From assembly GCA_965644495.1 (NCBI GenBank), contig CBFFSA010000015.1, forward strand, positions 186,001 through 250,000: 64,000 bases of DNA, in the 5' to 3' direction. This stretch comes from Perkinsela sp. CCAP 1560/9 (taxonomy: Eukaryota; Protista; Euglenozoa: Kinetoplastea). Position 1 is the first letter of the stretch; every line of letters begins with the position of its first letter. Shown here one piece after another: positions 45,996 to 57,302 of the stretch. A program made the position numbers and the translations under genes. The notes beneath the pieces are model-generated. The model saw only the letters and a program-made list of their open reading frames with translations. It was not told the DNA's origin and made no database searches.

Positions 45996-46817
45996 TCCCA
46001 TGTCTTTACGACTACTAAAATGAAACCATGGTCTCGAATCAGCTCTCAAAGCACGGTTAAGTGTTTTGCACTGTTTTTAATTTGTATCACATTCATTCAC
46101 ACTTAGTACATACTGTGCCCCCCCACTTATTTGTCATACCCTCCCACTTATCGGTCCTTTTTGACGAGACTGGGCAGGAGGCGCCGCGAAGCGGCGCCAG
46201 ATTTTTTTTTTGGGGGAGGGCTCAATTTTTTCCCTACGAACCTCATACATACAGTATATCAGACCTACGTCAGTTTGTATTTATATGCTGTCTATTTCAA
46301 GTTTTTCTTATCACAATACGCTATACCTAGCTACGTTTCTAATTTTTTTTGGGTTCCTTCCATTGTATACACAAACTTGATCATTTGTGTGAAAAGGTAC
46401 TTACGGTTTACCAGATAAAAAACCCATCGGATGATGTGGAATTTTTGAGCGTAGATGAAACTCTTTTCATTCTTGGACAAGATAAGTTTCCACGACAGCT
46501 AACGCGTAGCACGACCATTTTCACAGCCTTCGTAAACACGCTTGATACCGGTCCCAAGCCCGGCGTCGTCGTTTCCTCGACGAAGTGTGAGGCGGTAGGC
46601 GGAGGGTCATCCCTCAGGTTAGTTGGGGTCATCCCCTGGAGTACTCGGGGGGTTATCTCTCAGGTTAGCTGTTTTCCCAGGAGTACTGGGAAAAGTAAGA
46701 ATTTCCCTTTTTTGGTCAGGAGGAGAGTGGCACTTAATGCTTGCCTCCTTCATGTTAATCTTAGCAACACGGGCTTGGTCCCGGTATCAATGTGCCTACG
46801 AAGGCTGTGAAAATTCG

Positions 46818-47005
46818 GGCGTTGGTAGTACCTTCTCAGGATAATAGCAACGCCACGTTTTCTCAGCCTCGAAATGATGAATATAACAAAAAAAAGAGAA
46901 AGAGAAAGAGGTCAGACTGGCATCATTTCGGGCAAGCAAGCTCCATTTCCGAGGCTGAGAAAACGTGATGTTGCTATTATCCTGAGAAGGTATTACCAAC
47001 GTCGG
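46818..47005. repeat. Foldback with ~58-bp arms
   Basis: CGTTGGTAGTACCTTCTCAGGATAATAGCAAC ... GTTGCTATTATCCTGAGAAGGTATTACCAACG. Confidence 0.8.
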
Positions 47006-47109
47006 CATTTTTGCATGCCTCTACTACGTATATCATTTCATGGTAATATATGATATACTACGCATATCATTTCAGTTGGGTAAAGTTATTCCAGACGAAA
47101 AAGTCCGAT

Positions 47110-47790
47110 GACATGTCAAGGTTAATTGTAAATGCAAAAGAGCTAAGCGGGAGTGCACAACAACCTCCGGCTTTCTCTTTTCCTGCACCAGAAGAAATAC
47201 GGAATGCGATTCAGGACTTGGGGCCTGCATACTACATTGCCTGCGATCTACGGCATTGGTTCTACCAAATACCTGTATATGCAATGCGTTTGCACGAACG
47301 TTGGGGATATGGATGGGTGGAGCGGCTTGGAAAATGGTTGTCCTTCCTATGGGTCATGCATGGTCGGCGTCACTGGTACATCGAATATGCTGAGGAGTCA
47401 TTCTGTTCAAGGCAAATGACGCGTACTCCAATCTCGGCGTTTCTTCCACACCGCACAACTCAGTTCCGAAGTTCATGGAGCTAAAGAATGATTATGATGA
47501 AGTGGAAGGTATCATTACTGCATATTACGATAATGTTCTAGTGGCTGCGAAAAGTATGGCACGTGTGCGAAGATGGCAAGATCGATTAATAAAGAATACC
47601 AAATGCTTAAATATCACGTGTAAAATTGGGCCAAGCACCAGACAATATGAAGTCGGTTTTCTGGGAATAGAGTACCAATGGGAGGCCACAGCATTGAAAT
47701 GGCGGTTGTTGAACACGAAAGTAGAACAATGGAGAGTAGCTCGGAATACATCAATACTTCGTACCAGCGTAAGCGCGGGACGTGCACTCG
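47110..47790 (+). pseudogene. Reverse transcriptase remnant of DIRS/TATE/VIPER type
   Basis: ACDLRHWFYQIPV, VLPMGHAWS (shifted frame), AYYDNVLV, FLGIEY. Confidence 0.7.
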
Positions 47791-48004
47791 GGGTGCGTGA
47801 AATTGTCATAAAATAATTTTTCTGCTGTTTTTTACAAGGGACGAAAAGTGACCATTTTTCGATCGAAATAGAGTGCTTTATACGTATTCGCCGCACCATG
47901 ATACATGCGTAGCGATAAATTTAGTAGATTATCATCAGCTTTTCCTATTCTTTTTTACCCTAAATGGATTGCCCGGGCTGCTATGATTTTTCATGTACCG
48001 ATAA

Positions 48005-48858
48005 GTGGCCTTATACCTTGCTTTGTTTGGCAACGGAAGACAGCATCATATTGTGGATACCGATCATGCTCTTATGTATCAGGCTGTTACTTGTTCCAAA
48101 GGTCATGAGCCGCGGGTATGTGCTCTTAAGGAAGAACATTGGTTGTGTTCCGATCGTAGAAAGTGCCTCGGCAAAACTTATTTTTTAGAACCTCTTCTGA
48201 CGGCCGCACATGGGCGCACCGCAAATCAGGTTTTTAAAGTTTTATACGGCATCACTACTGGAAATAGCCGGTTACAGATCTCAACGGAGAGTGGACTTGG
48301 GCCAAAAGCGATCACTCGGCTCACAAACATGTTAGAATTAATTATATCCTTGTCCCATGACATGCGGCGTAGCGAGGCTGAGGGAACCGGGAGCTTTATG
48401 CAAAAGGATGAGACTTGCTTCTCGAAAGCTAAGCGGGGCGGTAATAATCGTGTACGTCGACTCCGGGCCGATGGTTCACAGTGGGTTAATGTTGTCGTGA
48501 AGACCAATCGCTATCATAAGGCCGAGGAAGTGCTGCGTTGGGTGACGGTTTGCGTCACGGAGTCGTGAATCATCGACGTCATTGGGTCGATCCAGAGACA
48601 GGAGTCCATACGCAGATAGTTGAGTGCATGAATGGAAACCTTAAAGAACAAGTAAGCACTCGCGGCACAGGTACGCTTGGACGTGAAGACAACGCCCGCA
48701 ACGCTCGCTTGAAGTTTAGTGGTGAGGTTGCCAACGGGAAATTAAAACGAGGGGAGCACTACGGGCATCCTCTATGTAGACTCTTGCTGGACGTGCAAAT
48801 GTACTGTAGACATGTAGAAAAAAATGTGAAAAATGCGCACTTCTGGGCCTTTTTAACC
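48005..48858 (+). pseudogene. Merlin/IS1595-like transposase remnant
   Basis: QKDETCFSKAKRG and VNHRRHWVDPETGVHTQIVECMN; frameshift or deletion at ~48540. Confidence 0.85.
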
Positions 48859-48977
48859 GGATAATACACTCTGTTTCAGCTTCTTCAAAGGCTTGCTTTC
48901 GTTGCTCCGCTCATCCAGTGAAGAAATCCCGGCGATGGGCGGTGGGGGAAGATAGGTGGCATTACTATCATCTTCCA
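48859..48977 (-). pseudogene. 5' fragment of the duplicated TLK gene
   Basis: MEDDSNATYLPPPPIAGISSLDERSNESKPLKKLKQSVLS, then truncated. Confidence 0.9.
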
Positions 48978-49015
48978 TTTTAAACCTTTGAACACTCGAA
49001 AGTAGCGTTTTTATA

Positions 49016-49840
49016 CTATACCCCCCTACATAATTGTCACCGCCCCCCCTACTATTTGTCATTTTCGGGTGAATTCACCCCTACATAATTGTCAGTCAGG
49101 CCAAACAGGCGCCGCGAAGCGGCGTCGATTTTCTTTTTCCCGATTTGTGTCGAAAAAAAAGTTTTACTGTCCCACTGCACACCATTTAGATAAAAATTAC
49201 TCTTTAACTCTAAAACCTCATTGCATGCAATTTAGATTTAAAAACTATTTCGTTACTTTTAGTTCCGTTTCTAACATTTTTTTCCCCCCTCATGATTCTC
49301 CGAGGCAGAAGCAGATTACGGGCAGGCTCTCTCTCCCCTCCACACGAGTCAATTGGTCCTCTCGATCGATGGGTTACTGTTCGTCCCCCTCCTGCAAGGG
49401 TTGGAGCTTTAATAGAGCCATTGCAAGAGACATTCCTCTCTTCTTGTTCAAAACGTGCCCGTCATACCCATTTGACCGCACAGCAAAAGCTTGCAAAATG
49501 TCAATAAAATATGTCCACCCAAGAGCTGAGTGAAAAGTACAATGTGACAAATAGAACTATTTTTCGGATACGCAATAAGGGCGTGTCTTCCTGTCAAAAT
49601 TTGATAAACAAGGTTGGAAGCGATCAAAAGCATGAAAGAGGATTTAATTGCGAAAGACAAGCACTGATGCAGAAAGTGCACGACGAACTTTCTGGGCCGC
49701 GCCCAATGACACCAACCCCCCTAGTTATTTGTCACCCATTGAACGCCACCCCACCTAATTATTTGTCACACACCCAACCCCCCTACTATTTGTCACTTTT
49801 CTCCAAAAAGGGGTGACAAATAAGTAGGGGGGGGGTATAG
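49016..49840. mobile_element. TA-flanked pogo/Tc1-like non-autonomous element inserted after the duplication
   Basis: CTATACCCCC TIRs; HTH remnant MSTQELSEKYNVTNRTIFRIRNK; absent from copy 1 at ~27871. Confidence 0.85.
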
Positions 49841-50332
49841 TAATATTTTAAAGTATTATTAGGAAAACACTAAAAAAAGTAAAGAAAGAATTTGATAATA
49901 ATGTGCAGGTCAGGTTAAGCCCATGCTACAGAGAGTACCGTATGATCTACCTGTATGATCTGGCCTGTATAAAATATAATCTGGCCGGTGTTTATACACC
50001 GGCCTGTATTTATTGCCTGTCGGTAAATTTTCTTTACTTATAGTTGATACTTGCGACGCACTCGGCTACGGTACTACGACGGCACACGTGCACCCAAGTT
50101 ACGGATACACCCTTTCTCAAAAGACAATTTATTTCTTCTTACATTACCGTGTAATAGCCGCAAACAGTATTCATGTTGAACCCCGTATCAATACACACAA
50201 AAAGATTAGACAGCCAAAAATATGATTCCTAGAAACGAATACAATTCATAATTCCAGACTGTGAAAACGTTTTTTTAACGATAATAAAGAGGTGCGCATA
50301 ATGTACGGATGCGCATGTAGTTTGGCGGTCTT

Positions 50333-51016
50333 TCACCTACCGTCGTAGCTATGATGCGCGCCTACCACTTCAAATTTATTTCGACCACGTAGGCGAATGA
50401 CACGTAGTCGTGCAGGAAGTTCACGTACATTAATCGTGCCTTTTAGGTCGTTGTCCGCCAAATAAAATTCTTTCAAAGATGTTGGAAGACCCTTCAACGA
50501 GACTGTACCGGAAAAGTGATTTATGTTCAACGAGAGCCAACTCAATTTCGGGGGCAAATGTTGAAGGTTTAATGTGCCAGAAAGCTCGTTTCGATTTAAG
50601 CACAACTGCGTAAGTCCAGTGGGAAGTGTAGTAAGATCAATACCCCCTGAAAACAGGTTGTCGTTTAACCACAGGACCGAAAGTACTGGCGGGAGAACAG
50701 AAGTGTCGATCGGACCTTCTAGCTTATTAGATTGCAATTTTAGGCTGACCACATTCTCAGGCAAAAACGCCCAAGTAATGTTACCGGATAAATTAAGCGA
50801 CATCCATTCTAGACGAATCATACTTTCTGTGTCCGCGTGTACGTTAAACCACTTTTTAATAGGACTGTCGGACTTCCAAGTTACATGAGCGTTTTTCACG
50901 TTCTGTAAGAAGAAGCTTAGCTTGGTTTCTGGACTCATACACGAAGCACGCACCCTTCCCAGCCTTGTAGTGGTACGTGGCGCGTCATCCGCAGGAGAAA
51001 AGCGAGGTAACATCAT
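50333..51016 (-). CDS. Small LRR protein (paralogue of 28369-29052)
   Basis: LRR units; intact ORF. Confidence 0.9.
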   Translation of the reverse strand: MMLPRFSPADDAPRTTTRLGRVRASCMSPETKLSFFLQNVKNAHVTWKSDSPIKKWFNVHADTESMIRLEWMSLNLSGNITWAFLPENVVSLKLQSNKLEGPIDTSVLPPVLSVLWLNDNLFSGGIDLTTLPTGLTQLCLNRNELSGTLNLQHLPPKLSWLSLNINHFSGTVSLKGLPTSLKEFYLADNDLKGTINVRELPARLRVIRLRGRNKFEVVGAHHSYDGR

Positions 51017-51225
51017 GTGACAAATTATTACTATTACACAGTTAAGGAAATTAAATTTTGGGAGGACTCGCAACTCCACATAAGACGCATCAGAATAACA
51101 AATAAAGACAATTTTAACGCTATTCCCCTAATATTCTCTTGCGATTGAGAGATATCATTGAGAGATAGCTGAACACAACCTCCGGGCATTCTAGGAATTC
51201 AATCGCAACACCGCCCCCTACACTC

Positions 51226-52002
51226 CTAGCCATTCAGCTTTGCCATCGCTTGCTTCACCTTTTTAATTTCCATCTCCGTTCGTTCTCGCGAGCGCGTGAT
51301 TTCCAGCACCGCCCGTCGAGCCTGTGCCAACCCCTGCATCTCAGCTTCGTACCTTCTGTTGTACTCCTGCTGCAGGGCGGCGTCTCGCTCATGGATCGCC
51401 TTGGCCTCATACGCCAGCCGCCCCATCTCCGCTCTGCGCGTGGCTATTTGCGCCCGCAGCGTGGCGCGCTCCTGCTCGAACTCCGCTATCTCCTCTTCGT
51501 ACAGCCGACTTGAGTTTTCCATTTCCTGTGCGGTTTGCACAATCGGGTCAGCCATGCGGGGGGGGAGCAGATGGGAGGGGAAGGCCTGCGCGAGATGGCA
51601 CGAGACGGCCTGTCGCTCGCGACCCGTCGCGGCGCCCAACCCGCGCGCGAGACGGCCGCGGCGACGGGAGGAGTACGCGACCCCCGTGGCCCGGTTCAGC
51701 GAGCTCGCGCGCTGGGGGGTGGGGCTCTCGGCCGCTCGTGTTGGGGTCACGCCGTTCGCTGCGGTCAGCGCGGCTAAGTCAATGGTGAAGGCAACGGGCT
51801 TTGCGGGACGGTGGCTGCTGCTGCTGCCGCGTGGTCGCATCGTGGGGGAGGGGGAAACGTTTTCCCGGGCGGCCTTTTTTAAAGGGGGGGAGTAGGCGGA
51901 GGGGGAATCCATGTAAGGGGTCACGGAGGGGTGGGTAGAGGAGGAGGAGGAGGAGGGGATCGGGGCGTTGTTCCGGTAGAGGATGGAGGTAGGGGAGAAC
52001 AT
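51226..52002 (-). CDS. Hypothetical protein with low-complexity N-terminus and C-terminal coiled coil
   Basis: 258-aa ORF on the cluster strand; heptad-rich C-terminus; N-terminal frame uncertain. Confidence 0.65.
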   Translation of the reverse strand: MFSPTSILYRNNAPIPSSSSSSTHPSVTPYMDSPSAYSPPLKKAARENVSPSPTMRPRGSSSSHRPAKPVAFTIDLAALTAANGVTPTRAAESPTPQRASSLNRATGVAYSSRRRGRLARGLGAATGRERQAVSCHLAQAFPSHLLPPRMADPIVQTAQEMENSSRLYEEEIAEFEQERATLRAQIATRRAEMGRLAYEAKAIHERDAALQQEYNRRYEAEMQGLAQARRAVLEITRSRERTEMEIKKVKQAMAKLNG

Positions 52003-52232
52003 GGGATGGGGGAATACGATTTTAAGGGAAGAAAATGTAAATTATGGATGGAAGGTGAGGCGTTGTAAACTCAGGTAAGCATGTGACTTTTCTTTAGTGC
52101 ACCGGTGTAGACAATCTAGATTGGCCTGCGTTGCATTGCACCAACTGCTACTTTATTCCAAGACCCACAAAACCCAACGAGACCTGCTCATCCCCCAACG
52201 TACCCGTCGACAGCGCTCCCCTTACCGTACCT

Positions 52233-52715
52233 TCACGACCGCTGTACCCGTTTCATCAAAAAGTACAGCTGTTGGTTGTATTTAATCTCCCGCAGGTCCC
52301 TTGCGGTGCCCTGCAGCTTCATCAGCAGGCCGCCGTAGCTCACATACACCGTGGCATCCGCGGCGGTGGTCTCCTCGGTGCTACACCCGTAGACGCGACC
52401 AAACATGACGTAGTCGTAATGGTCCATCAGCGTGGGGCGGTGGTACACCGTGGGGTCCCACCTCCCACTGGGCTCCGTGCTGTCGTACTCGACGGTACGT
52501 GCCAGGGCGATGGTGTAGGACTCCCCCTGTCGCACGGGGTACAGGTCCGTGTTAAGGTCCACGACAAGGGAGAGGGCGTGGGCTTGGCCCCGAGCCTCCA
52601 CACGGCTGACCTTTTCGAACATCTTCCCGCCGGCATCGACGGCGGTGATGCGGAAGAGGTCCTCGAGGAGTACGGGGGTGGGGGCACCGGGGGGAGAGGC
52701 GTGGTCGACTTGCAT
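52233..52715 (-). CDS. RPB8: RNA polymerase I/II/III subunit RPB8
   Basis: LLEDLF.I..VD..GK.FEKVSR, LDxNTDLYP-like motif, LMDHYDYVMFGRVY, YVSYGGLLMKLQG; start position uncertain. Confidence 0.93.
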   Translation of the reverse strand: MQVDHASPPGAPTPVLLEDLFRITAVDAGGKMFEKVSRVEARGQAHALSLVVDLNTDLYPVRQGESYTIALARTVEYDSTEPSGRWDPTVYHRPTLMDHYDYVMFGRVYGCSTEETTAADATVYVSYGGLLMKLQGTARDLREIKYNQQLYFLMKRVQRS

Positions 52716-53036
52716 GGGGGGTTGAGGCGTGCAGGGGTGTGGGAGGGGTAATGTTGAAAGAGGTGAGAGTAGGGGTGAGAGTAGTATACTAATACAATCG
52801 TTTTGTGCATAGCAATATGGTAGAAGTGACATACAAAAAAGTTTCATAATTTTTGAGTGACCGATGATTGATCTCACTTTAGAGCATCAAAAAGATTGTA
52901 CTATTTTTAAATCAGGATTGGAAAAAATTGTTGCTGCTTTAACACTTACCGCCTTTTCAGTGCAGAAAACCAGTTGTACGCTCCATTCGGTCGACGGTGC
53001 TTCTTGCCCACGGCAGTTGTACAAATATTTCAATTA

Positions 53037-53282
53037 CTATTTGCTGTCTTTCTTCGAGCCTTTCTTTCCTCGACCGATAACAATCTTGCTTACTGTCGGG
53101 TGTATACTTTTCTCAATCTTTTCTGCTTTCTTGGGATCTTTTACAACGAGCGTGTAAAGGTAAGAGCTGCATCGCACCTTAAATTTCGTGTTTTGCACAT
53201 TTTTCTTAATTTTAACTCCTTTTGCGTCGCGACGACTGCAGATGTCCAAAAATTGTTTCAAATCACGGATTTCTCTCGGCAT
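53037..53282 (-). CDS. RPL38: 60S ribosomal protein L38
   Basis: [12 protein letters not shown]....RRDAK.VKIKKN...[19 protein letters not shown]. Confidence 0.97.
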   Translation of the reverse strand: MPREIRDLKQFLDICSRRDAKGVKIKKNVQNTKFKVRCSSYLYTLVVKDPKKAEKIEKSIHPTVSKIVIGRGKKGSKKDSK

Positions 53283-53441
53283 AATGTATGTAAGGAGATG
53301 TATATGAAAATAAAACTAAAATCTGATACAGTTTACGAATCAAGAGGATGCCATATCTTTTTCCATACCATGCATGATATTTATTATGTTACGAATAGAT
53401 CGACAAGTCAACGAAGGCAAGAAAACATTTCAGTTAAAATG

Positions 53442-54185
53442 TTACGTCTTAGACATCATATCCAATCGGGCCTCAGATTCAAGCGCAAGAAGTTCGTCCA
53501 AAATTTCTTGGCTGCTTCGAAACGCTTTTCTACTCTCGCTCGCATTCCTTGTTTGTCTGTTTTCTCTACTTTTTTCATGGTCCATGGTGTCGGCATCTAT
53601 GACAGCACTATAAATTGAGAATTTGGGAGAAATTTTACAATCTTTCAAAAGAGTAGGCATAGGGAAGAGTTCCCCCATCTTAGACGGTTTTGGATCAGCA
53701 GACTTCTGAAAGCAATCCGATTTCAAAGAGGAAGCAGTCTTCGAAAATGTATTAGAATTAGTCGACTTCACAGGCGCACACGTCACCGACTTGTTCGGAC
53801 TAGCTCCCGACTCTATTGAATGGGCATCCAATTTTCTTAGGCTATTTTGAGCAATTGTTATCGGATGCTGGAGCGGTCGCTTGGTAGGAGCCAAGCGCGA
53901 TATTACTGTTGCTTCTTTGGGTCGCGAGATTTCAGGTTCCGCCACTACTATTTCAATAGCATACCCTTCAAAGAGGTCTGAAATGGTGTCCTGCAAGCGC
54001 TGTAGTGGAGTGTATCCAGATCGAGGAGGCAGGTGGGTGGTTGAAAGTACTCGTGTGCCAGGGCACGGCAGCGCCTCGCTTCTCAGCTCGTATACTTGCG
54101 GAGGGGAATGTAAAATATGTCCGTCTTGCCACGTTTTACGTTTTTGGGTAAGATGGGTGGTGTAGAGTACAGAGGCAATTAGCAT
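53442..54185 (-). CDS. DUF2439 (ZGRF1/Mte1 N-terminal-like) protein
   Basis: N-terminal VLYT..LTQKRKTWQDG motif and C-terminal RS..EIL.LL motif. Confidence 0.7.
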   Translation of the reverse strand: MLIASVLYTTHLTQKRKTWQDGHILHSPPQVYELRSEALPCPGTRVLSTTHLPPRSGYTPLQRLQDTISDLFEGYAIEIVVAEPEISRPKEATVISRLAPTKRPLQHPITIAQNSLRKLDAHSIESGASPNKSVTCAPVKSTNSNTFSKTASSLKSDCFQKSADPKPSKMGELFPMPTLLKDCKISPKFSIYSAVIDADTMDHEKSRENRQTRNASESRKAFRSSQEILDELLALESEARLDMMSKT

Positions 54186-54631
54186 ACTGAGAGTACGTAG
54201 CTAAATGACATACACTAACCTAAATACAACAATAGTTATACTGCTGGATACAACTACACCTCCTCTCATAAATAATGATAATGATAATAAACCATGTTCC
54301 AGGATATTATACAGGGTATCTAGTCGGTATACTAAATGGGTACGGCATACTAAGAGGGGTGACTCTGGGTGGGAGCACCACCCAGAGCGCCAGGAAGCGC
54401 TTGTCTTGATTTTTCTTTTTACGATTTCTTAATCTTTTTTGTTTCAGTTCGAGGATGTTATTAGAAATAACATTTCCATTTACATTGTAGGACATGTTGT
54501 TGAAAATGTTTGGTCTACAGGGCTTAATCATGGTTTGAGTACAAACATTTTATAACGAGCGTGTGGCAACTAAAAGAAGTTCTCAGCTTTTATATTGCCT
54601 CATATTCTATTGTTATATTTCAGTCTCTTGA

Positions 54632-55084
54632 ATGGATTTGCCTCCTACTGAGGAATTGGACAATCTGTACACGGATCCTACTTCAGACGTGTACGAACGC
54701 CTGCGTAAGTGGGTTTCGTACAGCGTGAAGCGTCTTTTAAAGCCCCCCTGCACAATTGCCCTGAACGTGCCGTTAGAGCAGTTCACTACCCTTCCTCCAA
54801 AAGAAATTATTGATCGTTTGGAAGTGGCAGTTACGATGCTCTGCGTACAATGGGTTGAAAAACAGAAGTCGCAATTGGAAAGTCCAACAGCTACTGGTCT
54901 TACCCGGGCATTGTGTGAAGTCCCTTTGGACTACACCTTTCTCGTCGAAGAATTGGTGCTGATTGCAAAGCACCGCGAAAATGGTCTCCTGTTTTTTAGT
55001 GACGCCAATCGGACACACCTTCATGGAGTAAGTGAAAGCGAATTTCAGGAATACTGGCGATGGAATTTACCCAACGCACGATGA
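54632..55084 (+). CDS. Hypothetical 150-aa protein on the strand opposite its neighbours
   Basis: ATG-started ORF with globular composition and a pyrimidine-rich AG region upstream. Confidence 0.5.
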   Translation: MDLPPTEELDNLYTDPTSDVYERLRKWVSYSVKRLLKPPCTIALNVPLEQFTTLPPKEIIDRLEVAVTMLCVQWVEKQKSQLESPTATGLTRALCEVPLDYTFLVEELVLIAKHRENGLLFFSDANRTHLHGVSESEFQEYWRWNLPNAR

Positions 55085-55661
55085 ACGCTCAAGACGGCAG
55101 AGTTGCCATAGGAACTCCTGTCCTTTAAAATATGCGAATTCTTGGAAAGTGAGTATGTGAGCCAGTATGAGCTTTCACAAAAGGGGCGAGAACTTGTGGC
55201 TGAATGATTCACCTACGAGCTTTACCACTTTGCACTTACATGCGGGTATCGATATACTCCACGAGGCACGCGCATTTTCCATATTTGAGAATAATCGTGT
55301 TAGTTCATATCCCGGTGGCAAATTCCCTCCTCGCACTTTCGCCGGATGTTTATGTGCACTCACATTGGAATCATCCGCAGTATAGCCCAAAGAAAGCATT
55401 TTTGTAAGTGGGATTAATAAATCAATAGGATAATTTCGTATTTATATTTCTAAAAGTTCTACTGTTACCGACATCCACGTTTTCCAACTTTGTGTCAAGA
55501 TCTCGATAATGGAAATGCAGTAGGCGTAATGACAATTACCGAACGCTCGGAAGAGGTCTCCGTTGCAAAATAGAAACGGGCGATTAAAAAACATAACGAA
55601 AGCAAAACTCTACAATACAATTTACCTTTTCAACATAACAAAACAGTCTCACTAATTACTG

Positions 55662-57206
55662 TTAACTACCTTCGATCCTCCTCTCGGCGGATCGCGTTCT
55701 CGAGTACGCATTGATCATCGCTAGTGTCGTCTCCAACCCTGACTGATGACCCGTACGGTGCATTTTTACATACATTTTCACCACCTCGCGCTCCTTCCCC
55801 CCTTTCTTTAACGCACGAATCACCTGGCGGTACAACTCATACGAACTCATCACGTTGTAGCTCATCTGGCTACGGGTGTACCAACTCAACGCCCTCTCCC
55901 ACTCCCCCTGGTTCGCACACTGCCGCACCAGCAGCTCAAAACTCCGTACCTTGGGTAACACAATCGACCCCACCGCATTCGGCACCGAGAAGAACAGCAA
56001 CACCCCCTCCACCACCGCCGTGTCCCCGCTCCCCTTCGAGGCCACACTCAGGGCCACATTCAGCAACCCACTCGTGCGCTCCCCGTGGGTATTCCCCCTG
56101 ACCCACCCCAGCGCCCTCTCCCACCCGCTCTCGCAGTGGACCATCGCGGAGAGCAGATCCGGGGCCAGCGCGTGGGACCGCACCGCCTCGGGGAACCGGT
56201 CCTGCAGGATCGCCTCGGCCCGGACCGGGTCGTTCATGGCTTTCAGGATCTCCCCGAACTCGAGGGTGCTGGGGACATACCCCCCGGGGGCGTCGGTGGG
56301 GTCCGCGACCAGCCCCAGCGCGGTGGCCCAGTCCCCGAACCGGGCCAGCCCGGTGACGTAGCCGCGGTAGCCGAAGCTGTTGAGGGGAATCCCCCGACGC
56401 CGCATCTCGTGGAGGATTTGAAGGAAGACGGGGGTTTGGGTGCCGTCGGAGAGTTTGGAGAGCAGAGTGCGGTAGAACGGGGTGGGACGTTGGCGGCTGG
56501 GGGAGTGACCCTTTGGAGGGGAGGAGCCCTCGGTGGGGTCATTGCTGAGGGGGGCGGGGAGAGCCACGGAGGGAGAGGAGGGGGTAGGAGAGGTTGAGCC
56601 TTCCTCATGGAGCTGAGGTGAAACCCCGACGGGGGGTGGTTTCAGCGGATCCAAAGGGGTGTTGGTGCTGATACGCTCGTGTAACGGCCCTTTTACGGCG
56701 AAAATGTTTAACAAATAGTTTGCCATGCGGTCGTCCAGTGTGCCCTCACGACGTTTTAACACGTCCCAGGCCATGACCATCTCCACCCACCGTTTATGGG
56801 GGAGAAGCAGCTCAAAGAGCTGTTTGTAGTGAAAATCTCTCCAGCGACGGATCGTACCGTCAGATTGGGAGCGGAGAAATACCGTGACGGCGGGACGCCA
56901 CATGTCTTGCATGCGGAAATCTTTCAGCCTGTCCACCAGAGACACGCGCGAGGGCTTCGTCTCTTTTGGGTTGAAGTCCGAAGAGACCACAGGGGTATCT
57001 GAGAGAAGAGGACTCTCTTGTGTTGAGTTCTCAGGGGAGATCTCCTCATCCTCGGGCGCGAAAGATTCCTGGAGAGTCGGAGAGTGCCCACTGTACATGG
57101 AGCGAAAACAAAGAACCAAAGGGGAGGTTATACACAGTCGGCAACGCGTGAGTGTGGGACGTGGCGCAAAGCGGTTCATTACACGTAGTGAACGAGAAAG
57201 TACCAT
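55662..57206 (-). CDS. PPR-like helical repeat protein, probably mitochondrial
   Basis: Arg/Ser-rich N-terminus; EMRRRGIPLNSFGY...VTGLAR.GDW..AL, CANQGEWERAL, AMINAYSR. Confidence 0.7.
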   Translation of the reverse strand: MVLSRSLRVMNRFAPRPTLTRCRLCITSPLVLCFRSMYSGHSPTLQESFAPEDEEISPENSTQESPLLSDTPVVSSDFNPKETKPSRVSLVDRLKDFRMQDMWRPAVTVFLRSQSDGTIRRWRDFHYKQLFELLLPHKRWVEMVMAWDVLKRREGTLDDRMANYLLNIFAVKGPLHERISTNTPLDPLKPPPVGVSPQLHEEGSTSPTPSSPSVALPAPLSNDPTEGSSPPKGHSPSRQRPTPFYRTLLSKLSDGTQTPVFLQILHEMRRRGIPLNSFGYRGYVTGLARFGDWATALGLVADPTDAPGGYVPSTLEFGEILKAMNDPVRAEAILQDRFPEAVRSHALAPDLLSAMVHCESGWERALGWVRGNTHGERTSGLLNVALSVASKGSGDTAVVEGVLLFFSVPNAVGSIVLPKVRSFELLVRQCANQGEWERALSWYTRSQMSYNVMSSYELYRQVIRALKKGGKEREVVKMYVKMHRTGHQSGLETTLAMINAYSRTRSAERRIEGS

Positions 57207-57302
57207 CGATTAGACGAGTCGGGTATGGTAAAAAGTGTTATTGTGTATGTCAGTTATTACTTTTGGTAGTTGCGGAAGACCTTAGTAGATTGTATTCTGA
57301 TT

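Noticed and set aside
52974-53618. 214-aa plus-strand ORF and similar antisense ORFs
   Set aside because: Shadows of RPL38 and other well-supported minus-strand genes
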